This document shows positions 51,763-60,464 of a DNA stretch of 64,000 nt, in pieces. How positions within the stretch are numbered: position 1 is the first letter of the stretch; every line of letters starts with the position of its first letter. Made by a program: the position numbers and the translations under genes. The stretch is from Leptospiraceae bacterium (GTDB lineage Bacteria > Spirochaetota > Leptospiria > Leptospirales > Leptonemataceae), in NCBI GenBank assembly GCA_040217195.1, contig JAVJNR010000004.1:512001-576000 (forward strand). The letters run 5' to 3'. The notes beneath the pieces were generated by a model. It saw nothing but the letters and a program-made list of their open reading frames with translations. It had not been told where the DNA came from and ran no database searches.

Positions 51763-54300
51763 TTAGACGCCGGGTAGATCCATCTGCTTTAGATCCCTGC
51801 GCTGAAAGTAACCCACAGGTGCAGCATATTCCCAGACCTCGCGAAAAGCATCCAGTAACAGCTGATTATAATAGGCAATACTATAAGGAGGTTGTTTTCG
51901 GGGATCCGTTCCAAAGGATTGAAAGGCTATTTCTTCAGACATATATTTGGAAGCCCCTGGCTGGCCTTTCTCAAGCACAATATACTTCACTTTTTCTCCT
52001 GCCTGAACCTGAATCCCATAGGGCTCCAGTTCACGCAATGCAGCCGGTGCAGGACCATCTACGGCATAATCCTCCAGGCCCTTGCTCACGGTTCGCCTGA
52101 GTAGCAAATCGGTCCAGGGAATGCTTCTGCTGCTTAGCTCTTCTTTGAATTTGTTATAGATTTCTTCCATCTCTGAATGCATGGACTTCAATTCTTCTGC
52201 ACTCCTGCAAAGGGCCATTTTATCCAGAAAAGCCTCCTGAACAGTCTTGATCCAGGAGGGTCTATCCTTCCTTCTAACTGAAATACCACGGATGCGCAAA
52301 CTGCCATCCCGGAATCTACCAAAATAGCGATTCACTACTTCCACTCCAGGCTTTGAGCGGGAAGGTAGAAAAATCACCCAGTCATAGATGCCCTCCACGC
52401 TCATCTCGATTTCAGTGGCTGCTCCAATCTCTTCGCATACCTTCTCCAGTTCCTGCAGTTCGGATGCCTCCCGCTTTTCTTTTGACTCGACGATCTGAGT
52501 CGGACGATTCGAGTCATTGTCCGGAAGTTTGAGAAATAGGCAGTCTGTAATTCCATGAACTACGCTGTAATTCCATTCCTCTGCAATCTCCTTGGCATTG
52601 AGTAACTTATCTCGCCCAAATGCAGTAACCGCCTCATGGCTTTCGATCTTACCAAATTTAGCATTCCTGTAGCCAAGGTATCCGAAGGAGGTCACCAGCA
52701 TCCACTTCAGGCTTGATTGACGATGATCGTACATCTCCTTCTCTTCTTCCAGAGATTTCAGCTTCTGATCTCTTTCAGTCTCAGAATTTACATGCGAATC
52801 ACCTGAGTCCGGAATCCACTTTTTTATTTTCTCTATGGACCGGTTTAACTCTTTAATTCTGAGTTTATAGTGCTTTCTTCGCTTTAGAATGTGAGCCAGA
52901 GCGTCGGATACAATACCGCGTCGCCTTTTGCAGATTCGAAAATTAATCTCCGGAACATGCTCGGTTTCTTCATCGGAACAACAGCGACAGTTGATTGTTT
53001 CAGGAGATACGTTGTGAATACTCATTATTGAAGGATACATCTGGGAAAAATCGATCTGAGCCACGTTCTCCAGAATTCGACCTGCACGTGGAACAAATAC
53101 CAGCCCTCCTTTATCTGCCTCCAGAAGATCCATCACCGTACGTGGCTCCTCCAGGGCACTTTTCTGCCAGGGAACCAGATAGTTTTTCCGTAGAGCCACT
53201 TCACATTCAATGGCCGTTAGCGCAGCCCCGGTGGAAGATCTGGATAATCTTTGCACTGGAATTCGACTCATTCTGGATAGTTCAACAATGCCCATGAGTT
53301 GCGCTTCTTTGTATACGAAGGAATTCGCACTGTCTATGTGCCAGCGCCCAAATAGCGGATAGGAAGGAGCGAGAAAGATCCAGTTTCCATAGGTATTGTA
53401 GCTGGTTCCTTCGGTAACTATCTTTCTGCTGGATCCAGGAGCGACGTCCCGGTCCAGAAACGATGGAATACCATACTTCTGATAGGCCTGAAAGAGCACC
53501 GGAAAAAGCACCTGGTCGCCGTAGGCAGAAAGAATTATATCCGGGTCCAGGGTGTTCAGGTAGTCATTCAATGCTTCCAGTTCCCCGGGTCCTGGAGGCA
53601 CCGGCAAATCCAGACGCCTGCCCTGACATTCCAGCTGGATGCGCTGATCCGGAACATGAAATCTTTTGTGGGCACCTCTGGATAATAATTGCTGATGCGT
53701 AAGTCGATGGCCATAGTTCAGCTGCATTCTTAGTATGCGAACCGAAGGTAGCTGAAAATTCAGATCAAAAATATCATCCAGTGCCTGAATCCACTCCAGA
53801 TTATGAACAACCGGTGCCTGGCCAGCATTTCGCGTACCGGAAGACGCAAAACTGAGGCAGGCCCTCAGTCTACAAAGAGGAAATATTCCCTTTTGCTGCA
53901 TATAGCCAGTGGGAACCTCAAAGTCTGTGTGAAAAAGGTCCATGCGACCGTACATTGCATACAGTCGGTTTCTGATTTTTCGAAGCAAAGAAGGCCTGCT
54001 AATGCGAAGCTCCAGAACATCCACCATACGGTTCTCATAGAAAAGCTTTCTTTGCACATACACTGGATCTGAATGCAGTCCATCCATTTCATGTAATCGT
54101 TGCACCAGTTTCTGAAGTGTCTTTTCCGGGGCTCGGGCATATATAACAGGATTGAAATGATCCCTGCAGAGATAAAACCTTCCCTGTTCATCCAGAATAC
54201 ATAGATAAATCTGATCTTCCAGGTGGTAGATATCGAAAAGCCATCCGCGAACTGCGATCTGCCCTTTTTCGGAAGCGGTTGAGTGAGGGGAGCTATCCAT
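51763..54300 (-). CDS. Family B DNA polymerase, PolB2 (Dpo2-like) subgroup
   Basis: DFSQMYPSIM (motif A), LKWMLVTSFGYLGY (motif B), HGITDC (motif C variant), NRYFG; degenerate exonuclease region; CRCC..IC insert. Confidence 0.88.
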   Translation of the reverse strand: MDSSPHSTASEKGQIAVRGWLFDIYHLEDQIYLCILDEQGRFYLCRDHFNPVIYARAPEKTLQKLVQRLHEMDGLHSDPVYVQRKLFYENRMVDVLELRISRPSLLRKIRNRLYAMYGRMDLFHTDFEVPTGYMQQKGIFPLCRLRACLSFASSGTRNAGQAPVVHNLEWIQALDDIFDLNFQLPSVRILRMQLNYGHRLTHQQLLSRGAHKRFHVPDQRIQLECQGRRLDLPVPPGPGELEALNDYLNTLDPDIILSAYGDQVLFPVLFQAYQKYGIPSFLDRDVAPGSSRKIVTEGTSYNTYGNWIFLAPSYPLFGRWHIDSANSFVYKEAQLMGIVELSRMSRIPVQRLSRSSTGAALTAIECEVALRKNYLVPWQKSALEEPRTVMDLLEADKGGLVFVPRAGRILENVAQIDFSQMYPSIMSIHNVSPETINCRCCSDEETEHVPEINFRICKRRRGIVSDALAHILKRRKHYKLRIKELNRSIEKIKKWIPDSGDSHVNSETERDQKLKSLEEEKEMYDHRQSSLKWMLVTSFGYLGYRNAKFGKIESHEAVTAFGRDKLLNAKEIAEEWNYSVVHGITDCLFLKLPDNDSNRPTQIVESKEKREASELQELEKVCEEIGAATEIEMSVEGIYDWVIFLPSRSKPGVEVVNRYFGRFRDGSLRIRGISVRRKDRPSWIKTVQEAFLDKMALCRSAEELKSMHSEMEEIYNKFKEELSSRSIPWTDLLLRRTVSKGLEDYAVDGPAPAALRELEPYGIQVQAGEKVKYIVLEKGQPGASKYMSEEIAFQSFGTDPRKQPPYSIAYYNQLLLDAFREVWEYAAPVGYFQRRDLKQMDLPGV

Positions 54301-54404
54301 GATTCTTCTTGCCGCAATCTCTCTGCAATCGGAAGGCTTTGACTGCAGACCGGGACAGGGAAGGCCTAAAGACCTAAGTCTTAGTTTTTGCTCTTACGTG
54401 CATT

Positions 54405-54695
54405 TCAGGATCTACCCGCATCGGAAGAAGGGCTTTCTCTCTCTTTTTCCAGAGCTTCTACTCGACGCTGCAGAGAGACTATTTCTTTATGCATTTCAAT
54501 CATCATACACATGGCCATGGAATCAAATGGATTGGGCTGGGCTGCCATGACTCCCACCTGCAACTGTGATCTTGCAGAAATCATTAATGCGTCAAAAGAC
54601 ATCCGATCTTCTTTTCGCAGAGCCTTTCTAAATTTACTGAAACGTTCATAGACACTGTCCACCAGGTTTGAATATGGCTGTAGAGTTCTTCCCAT
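54405..54695 (-). CDS. Small helical PolB2-associated protein
   Basis: MGRT..P...FRKALRKEDR..FD.L...AR signature; AGGAG SD; position between RadA-like and PolB2 genes. Confidence 0.8.
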   Translation of the reverse strand: MGRTLQPYSNLVDSVYERFSKFRKALRKEDRMSFDALMISARSQLQVGVMAAQPNPFDSMAMCMMIEMHKEIVSLQRRVEALEKERESPSSDAGRS

Positions 54696-54718
54696 AAGCT
54701 TCTCCTTTGCAAAAAAGG

Positions 54719-55420
54719 TTACACTGAAACAATCCTGGATCTCTCAATTTCGGATTCTGGCAGTACATCCTTCGCATAAAAAGGAATTGTACGATTTCGC
54801 TGCAAATTCATATCCCTAAGTACAAGTGGTCGGTCTTTTTTACGCTTCTGTTTTTCTCTCGTAGAAGGAAGAGCATCCAGTTGCCATTGATATTCGGTCA
54901 GAGTACTGAATGCAGAAATCGCTCCTCCAAACAGTTTGCTCTTATACGAACCTGTTTCCACAATCAGATAGGGAATGCCCGCCTCATTCCATAAAGAAAG
55001 TACTGAAGCCAGCTTCTTAAGTAAGAATCCAGCCTCTTCCTCCTGCACGTCTCCATCAAAGAACTGCTTACAGGGTGCGAAGATAAAATACAAAGAGGGA
55101 TTAGAGCTTCGCCTTTCTTTATGCCATACAGACCAGAACAGATCCAGGATCTGGTAAGGAGTAAAGGCACGTTGAACCATAATAGATTTTAGCATCTCTT
55201 CGCCAGGAATCTCTCTGCGAAGTGCTTCATCCATAAGCTGGAATGCATTGAATCGAATGGAACAGTCTATATTAAAGATGCGATAACCACTCTGCCAGAG
55301 ATGAACCTGCAATATATGACTGAGCGGGAAAATCGGCGATGCACCGTACAGAAGTGCAGGCGAACGACGATCCCAGAAATGGGTAGACTGAACCGATTCA
55401 ACCAGAAGGTGAGACTCCAT
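54719..55420 (-). CDS. Inactivated RecA/RadA-like P-loop ATPase (ImuA-analogous)
   Basis: Degenerate Walker A (LLYGASP); IDCSIRFNAFQL; IMVQRAFTPYQILD; likely start ATG 55420 rather than 55459. Confidence 0.72.
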   Translation of the reverse strand: MESHLLVESVQSTHFWDRRSPALLYGASPIFPLSHILQVHLWQSGYRIFNIDCSIRFNAFQLMDEALRREIPGEEMLKSIMVQRAFTPYQILDLFWSVWHKERRSSNPSLYFIFAPCKQFFDGDVQEEEAGFLLKKLASVLSLWNEAGIPYLIVETGSYKSKLFGGAISAFSTLTEYQWQLDALPSTREKQKRKKDRPLVLRDMNLQRNRTIPFYAKDVLPESEIERSRIVSV

Positions 55421-55447
55421 ACTGGGAATCTCGACAACATGCCGTCT

Positions 55448-55460
55448 TTTGTAAAGCATA
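55448..55460 (-). promoter_or_regulatory. Candidate LexA (SOS) box
   Basis: TTTG-TAAAG-CATA, one mismatch to the Leptospira TTTG-N5-CAAA box, about 28 bp upstream of the cassette. Confidence 0.55.
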
Positions 55461-55639
55461 TATATGACGGCATATCGGTTTTAATGCTCCGGATCGCCAC
55501 TTCCCCGGAAGAAGCCAGCCGCAACTGTCCAGCCAGGTGCTCTGGCACGATGTGCTAGAGCACAGAATTATGGCACATCGCCCTACCTGGCTTCCTCAAA
55601 TTGAAGTATTCTCGATAGAATGGAGGCTCCTCCGGCCGG

Positions 55640-55893
55640 ATTAGCTCGTAACCGCCTTCCTGATGTGAAGCGAGGGTAGATTATGTCTCATTGAGGCTTC
55701 TAATGCGACAACCGGGAAGATTATGTCCCATTGTGCGGCCCCATCCGACATGGAGCCAGATTATGTCGCATTCGCTGACTCAATTTGAATTCCGGCTACA
55801 TTATGCCTCATCGAGCAGACCCTATGCGAAACAGCAACGAATTATGTCGCATTAGGCGGTCCCATGTATGACAGCGGCAAATCATGTCACAAT
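55640..55893. repeat. Non-coding array with 40-bp period: ATTATGTCGCATT-N9-AATGCGACA-N9
   Basis: 13-mer copies start at 55680, 55720, 55760, 55800, 55841, 55881; degenerate in-phase copy at 55640; out-of-phase copy at 55567. Confidence 0.9.
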
Positions 55894-55897
55894 TGTA

Positions 55898-55906
55898 TGC
55901 TATAAT
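55898..55906 (+). promoter_or_regulatory. Extended -10 promoter element
   Basis: TG-C-TATAAT immediately after the last array copy. Confidence 0.6.
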
Positions 55907-56198
55907 ACTAATACCCTCTCGGACGATTAGCACAATCGTAAGGAACCCTTCGCTCAGGAGGCTTTATCGCAATCCCAAAATACAGCCAGCCCGGACAGGC
56001 CCTGCAATCGAGATCCACGATCGTATCCACAGGTCCCTTAAAAAATCCACCAATCACTACCAGAATGTAGAAACCCTGGCGGGCCTGCACACACTCCGTA
56101 CTACCGCCCGGAAATGCATGAAATTTATTGCATCTTTCAATTGACAACGCCCGATATCAGATTAAAGGTCCTCAAATCTATAGAACCGGTACCCCACC

Positions 56199-56861
56199 AT
56201 GCCCCAGTACATCACCTACGATCTTACCTCTTATGCACACCGAGAATTCCTGCTGGAATATACGAATGCACAGAGACCTGATGTTGAGCTAATCGCTGAT
56301 ATTCTTAGAACCAGCATTTCCACAGGAACGCCACTGGAGCCAGGAGATAAAGTCCAGATCGGATGCTATCTATGCCGAGTCATCGACCGGGGGGATTATC
56401 TGGGACTGGAAGAGCCCTCTTTTCCATCCGATCCTCTGGAATGGGTGGACTCCGTTGATGCCACAGCTCATTATTTAAGGCTGCAAAAGGCTGCTGCAGA
56501 GTCCTGCAATCTGGCAGATGATCTGAGCTTTCCTGCGATCACACATACTGCATTCGTCTGCAGCGCCATCGATTCCGCTGAAGGAATCTTCATGGATCGC
56601 GTAGGACCGGTGTCAGATCAAGACTCAGGCTGGTTTATCGCCTGTTCGGACCAGAACCACGATCACGACTCCAGGGATAACCTCCGGCAAGAATCCCTGT
56701 ATGTACTTTCAATCAAGAAGCCGGTGGTAATTCCTTTCCTGGGTTTTCCGGTAGGCACCACAGCCATGATCAAGCCCGATGAAAGACCTCGCGTACTCTT
56801 ACATGGAGCAATGATACGCCCGGAGCATGATAGCTACCTGGACCGAGCTTCCGAAACATGA
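56199..56861 (+). CDS. Imm33/DUF2185-like protein
   Basis: GDKVQIG, WVDSVD, DQDSGWFIAC, SLYVL, PFLGFPVG. Confidence 0.65.
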   Translation: MPQYITYDLTSYAHREFLLEYTNAQRPDVELIADILRTSISTGTPLEPGDKVQIGCYLCRVIDRGDYLGLEEPSFPSDPLEWVDSVDATAHYLRLQKAAAESCNLADDLSFPAITHTAFVCSAIDSAEGIFMDRVGPVSDQDSGWFIACSDQNHDHDSRDNLRQESLYVLSIKKPVVIPFLGFPVGTTAMIKPDERPRVLLHGAMIRPEHDSYLDRASET

Positions 56862-56914
56862 AGCACTGACAATAGAGCCAGCGCTCCAGCAGGTCCCTAC
56901 CCGGCAAGGGCCAG

Positions 56915-57271
56915 TCATCCACCAGATCGCCGGGAAGGTTTTCCGGACACCACTATGCATTTCTGATGAAAAATCAGATACCAGCGTTCTACCATTTCTA
57001 TCTCCACGTTGCTGAGCCCTCTGGTACCTGCAGGGGACTTGCTCATTGCCACCTGGAAGGCTGCGGCAGGAGAACCTTCATCCAGGGAAACAAAGAACAG
57101 GTAGCCATTCACACAGGCTTCCCCTTCTACGGTTTCCTGCGATAATACCTCTATTTCGCTAAATTTTCCCGATCCAATAAAGGGTCCCTGAGAGTCGAAA
57201 GTAAAGGTGCTGCAAGAAATGGAAGTCAGGGTGGCTAATATTCCGATGAATACTGGAATTCTAGATTTCAT
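56915..57271 (-). CDS. Small lipoprotein (TRL-like)
   Basis: SISC lipobox; VEGEAC...KCIVVSG. Confidence 0.65.
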   Translation of the reverse strand: MKSRIPVFIGILATLTSISCSTFTFDSQGPFIGSGKFSEIEVLSQETVEGEACVNGYLFFVSLDEGSPAAAFQVAMSKSPAGTRGLSNVEIEMVERWYLIFHQKCIVVSGKPSRRSGG

Positions 57272-57582
57272 TTCTCTTCTCCCTCCAGAACAATGCAGGT
57301 AGCCAGGGCACCTTTTTCAGGAGCTGGCTGCAAGCTTACCTTGAAGTTCATTAGATAATCAATGTCCGACTCCACCATGTATTCGCGGATTTCAGAATAC
57401 ATTCCGTCCGGATCCAGAAGATTATCGCATTGCACTTCATATCTTTGCGATGCTTCTGAAGCCTGAAATGGTTCCGAAGACATCTCTACGTAGTGCAATT
57501 TGCCCATGGAATGATAGATACAATTTGGTAAGCCCAGGCCCAGCAGGATCAGGCTTATTCCAGAAAAAACCGACAATCTCAT
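57268..57582 (-). CDS. Small lipoprotein
   Basis: LPNC lipobox; ends TCIVLEGE, like its neighbour; ATGA coupling. Confidence 0.65.
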   Translation of the reverse strand: MRLSVFSGISLILLGLGLPNCIYHSMGKLHYVEMSSEPFQASEASQRYEVQCDNLLDPDGMYSEIREYMVESDIDYLMNFKVSLQPAPEKGALATCIVLEGEEK

Positions 57583-57830
57583 CTTGATTTCACCTCAATC
57601 GCGATGGAGAGAAAAGCAAGGTCGGTTTCCAGGGTGTCAATCCCAATCCAATCTTCCAGGGACTATGCAACCCTCTGGCCCGAGTCAAATTATAATACGG
57701 GACTTCTGGATTCAGAGTTTCGCAAATCCAATCCCCGGATGCGATTCCATTTGCAGTAAGAATCGCCCACTGGTCTGAAATTCAAAACATGCAGCCAGAT
57801 CGAGTCTCATAGTACAGCGATACCGGTCGG

Positions 57831-58784
57831 CTACCGGCTCAGCTCAAAAAACTCCACGATACGCTTTGATGCATCGATTTCCTGGGACACTTTACCTATC
57901 ATGAATTCAAAAAGGTAAGGTCTACCGGATGGCCAGGTATGACCTCCCCCTTCAATTCGAATCAATTCCACAGGTACCGAGCAATTAAAGCGAAGTATTC
58001 GCACCACAGTGTCATCATCCTTTTCGTCGATGGACTCTTTAAGAGCCTGGTTCAAGTCCGGAGGGACGGGGCAGCCATTGGCGCTCAACCAGCGACGAAT
58101 ACTGTCATCTGTGGAGCGGATGGCACCCCTCTTTTTTCCCAGTACTTCTACAAAGCCACCATCATAAGGAACCAGTGGATCATCCGTACCATTTATGACC
58201 AGAAGAGGTACTCCTCTGGGATTGCACCGATCATACAGATAAAAGGAAAGATTGGCAGTTACTGGAGCGATTCCATCCACTCGATCTGGATGTTCGCAGC
58301 CCATACGAAAGGACATGAATCCACCGTTAGAAATACCGGTAAAGAAGGTACGTCGGATACCGTAGTCCGATTTTAGTCGATCCTGGATGGCCAGGAGAAA
58401 CTCAGCGTCATTGAGCTTTTCTGAATGGGCTCTGGACTCGGAGATCTCCCGACCGTCATTCCATTGATTGTCCACTCCAGCCGGATAAACCACAAGAAAG
58501 CCATGCTCGTCCGCCAGTTCATCGAAGGCTCCATAGGTAAGCCCCATCATTTTCCCCGGATCTCCTCCGCCGCCATGCAGAGCAAACAGCACGTCTGGAT
58601 TGGGTTTCAAATTGTCAGGAACGTAAAGCATGTAGCTCCGCTCCAGACCGTCGAAAATGAATTCAAATTCTCTGGTATTTTCCGTTCCCCGATATCTTCG
58701 GCCCCGGCAATCCAGCATTACCGGTAGTAGAATTAGTAGTCCAAGCAATATGGCCCATCGAGTGTGCTTTCTAACGCTGCCCAT
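57831..58784 (-). CDS. Alpha/beta hydrolase esterase (PHB depolymerase/LpqC-like)
   Basis: LHGGGG, VVYPAG, GISNGG nucleophile, GTDDPLVPYDGG, GGGHTWP. Confidence 0.92.
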   Translation of the reverse strand: MGSVRKHTRWAILLGLLILLPVMLDCRGRRYRGTENTREFEFIFDGLERSYMLYVPDNLKPNPDVLFALHGGGGDPGKMMGLTYGAFDELADEHGFLVVYPAGVDNQWNDGREISESRAHSEKLNDAEFLLAIQDRLKSDYGIRRTFFTGISNGGFMSFRMGCEHPDRVDGIAPVTANLSFYLYDRCNPRGVPLLVINGTDDPLVPYDGGFVEVLGKKRGAIRSTDDSIRRWLSANGCPVPPDLNQALKESIDEKDDDTVVRILRFNCSVPVELIRIEGGGHTWPSGRPYLFEFMIGKVSQEIDASKRIVEFFELSR

Positions 58785-58907
58785 GACTCAAGTAGATAGT
58801 CCGATCATACATTTGTAAAGCGCATTCAGGAAAGATCCTTATTCATATTTTTGCCAGATCCGAGAATTGGCTGCAGGCATTGTTTTCCCATCCCGATAAT
58901 TCTGAGG

Positions 58908-60434
58908 ATGACCGGTCCAAGCAAATGGCTACCCTCCAGCCTAGCATTCTTTCTCATTGCCACCGCTTTTTCCACGGTGCTAGTTTATTCAATTCCCGCC
59001 GAGGATCCCTTCGTACCCGCGCTGCCGGAGATTCCTCCACCGCGAGCTCAGAATCAGGATTCTCTTTATCGGGACATGATGCAGAACCGAAAGAAGTATC
59101 CAGAGCAGCAGAATCAAAAGCAGCGATCACAACCTACCTCCGCTTTTGAAGACAACTCCAAACCAGAAGGGCAGCAACAGATCAGATCCAGCCAGGGTGA
59201 AGAAGTCAAGGATACTGAAATAACAAAAAAGCAGAAACAGCCTGTAGCTGAGTCGGCGCCGGAACAGGAACCGACCCGCCAGGCCCAGAAAAAGGAAAGA
59301 ACCTGGGAAAAGCCGAATCAAGTAAACCAGCGAAATGATGAGAAACCAACCGGAAGTACAGAGACAAAGGATAACCCTGAAGCGAATTCGGACCACTCGC
59401 AGCCGAACTTTTTAAACCGGGAAAAGGAACAGGAAGATTTTCAGTCCCAAAAAGAGAACATAGCAAGCCTTCTATCCAGGGATATGCTGGAGAACACCAC
59501 CCGTGCGCTGAAAGGACTGGAAGACCAGCAGCCGAAGAAGAAGAGCAAAGATAGTAAAGAACAAAAGAATGTGGATCATTTGCTTCGCGGAATCGATCCT
59601 GTAATGCCGCGAAACTATAAGTACAATGCACCGGTGTACTATAAAGGGATCTACATGAGCAACTATGTGGCACGCACTCCATCCAGATATGGACCGCTAT
59701 TAAAGCAGGCAAAAGCCACAGGTATAAACACACTGGTTGTGGATGTACAGCCCAGAATACCCCCGGAGAAGTTCATTCAAGAAGCCAGATCCCAGGGTTT
59801 CTATCTGGTAAGTCGGGTGGTAGTTTTTGAAGGAGGCCTGAAGACTTTCCCTGCACCTGAGGCCCATCTCAACAAGGTTCGCAGCGTTGCTGTGGCTTCT
59901 GCCCAGGCCGGATTCATGGAGATTCAGTTAGATTATATTCGCTTCGCGGACAATCTTCATATTAAGGGACTGACCATGAATCAACGATACAGAACCATTG
60001 CCAGCGTGTTGCAGTCCTTCGAACAGAAGTTGCGACCACATGGTGTACGCATCGGTGCAGATATATTTGGCCGGATTCCATTCAACAATAATGATATTAT
60101 TGGCCAGAAGATGGAAGTATTCTCCAGGTACATGGATACTCTATATCCCATGCTGTACCCTTCCCACTTTTATGGAGATCCGTTCTATCAAAAGAATCCC
60201 TATCGCACCATCTATGATGGAAACACCAGGGCTATCAAGCGAGCGGGCACATCCAGGATCATTGCCTACATACAGGGATTTACAATGCTGGTTGGCAAGA
60301 GTGGACTGAGCTATAAAAACTACATAAAAAAGCAGATTGAAGCTTCCAGAGACTCGGGAGGAGCTGGTTTCATTGTCTGGAATCCCAAAAATGATTATCG
60401 AGTTTTTTTCCAGGCGCTCAAAGAAACCAATTGA
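58908..60434 (+). CDS. Putative glycoside hydrolase (DUF4015-like) with long Q/E/K-rich linker
   Basis: YKGIY, INTLVVDV, GFMEIQLDYIRF, ADIFG, PMLYPSHF, YIQGF, WNPKNDY. Confidence 0.85.
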   Translation: MTGPSKWLPSSLAFFLIATAFSTVLVYSIPAEDPFVPALPEIPPPRAQNQDSLYRDMMQNRKKYPEQQNQKQRSQPTSAFEDNSKPEGQQQIRSSQGEEVKDTEITKKQKQPVAESAPEQEPTRQAQKKERTWEKPNQVNQRNDEKPTGSTETKDNPEANSDHSQPNFLNREKEQEDFQSQKENIASLLSRDMLENTTRALKGLEDQQPKKKSKDSKEQKNVDHLLRGIDPVMPRNYKYNAPVYYKGIYMSNYVARTPSRYGPLLKQAKATGINTLVVDVQPRIPPEKFIQEARSQGFYLVSRVVVFEGGLKTFPAPEAHLNKVRSVAVASAQAGFMEIQLDYIRFADNLHIKGLTMNQRYRTIASVLQSFEQKLRPHGVRIGADIFGRIPFNNNDIIGQKMEVFSRYMDTLYPMLYPSHFYGDPFYQKNPYRTIYDGNTRAIKRAGTSRIIAYIQGFTMLVGKSGLSYKNYIKKQIEASRDSGGAGFIVWNPKNDYRVFFQALKETN

Positions 60435-60464
60435 GATAATCCACTGACGTAGCAAGGAGGTACA

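Noticed and set aside
55640..55893. CRISPR array interpretation of the 40-bp repeats
   Set aside because: Repeats are only 13 bp and degenerate, intervening segments resemble each other, the unit is too short, and no cas genes are in the window.
55640..55893. Firm TIGR-Tas call
   Set aside because: The 9-nt segment geometry is reminiscent, but there is no Nop-domain gene nearby and I cannot verify box C/D motifs. Kept only as a hypothesis.
55884..56147. 86-aa (+) and 79-aa (-) ORFs as real genes
   Set aside because: The + ORF starts inside a repeat upstream of the promoter with no SD. Neither shows a convincing intact domain.
59050..59570. Low-complexity Q/E/K-rich stretch as a DNA repeat
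   Set aside because: In-frame disordered linker with no nucleotide periodicity seen.
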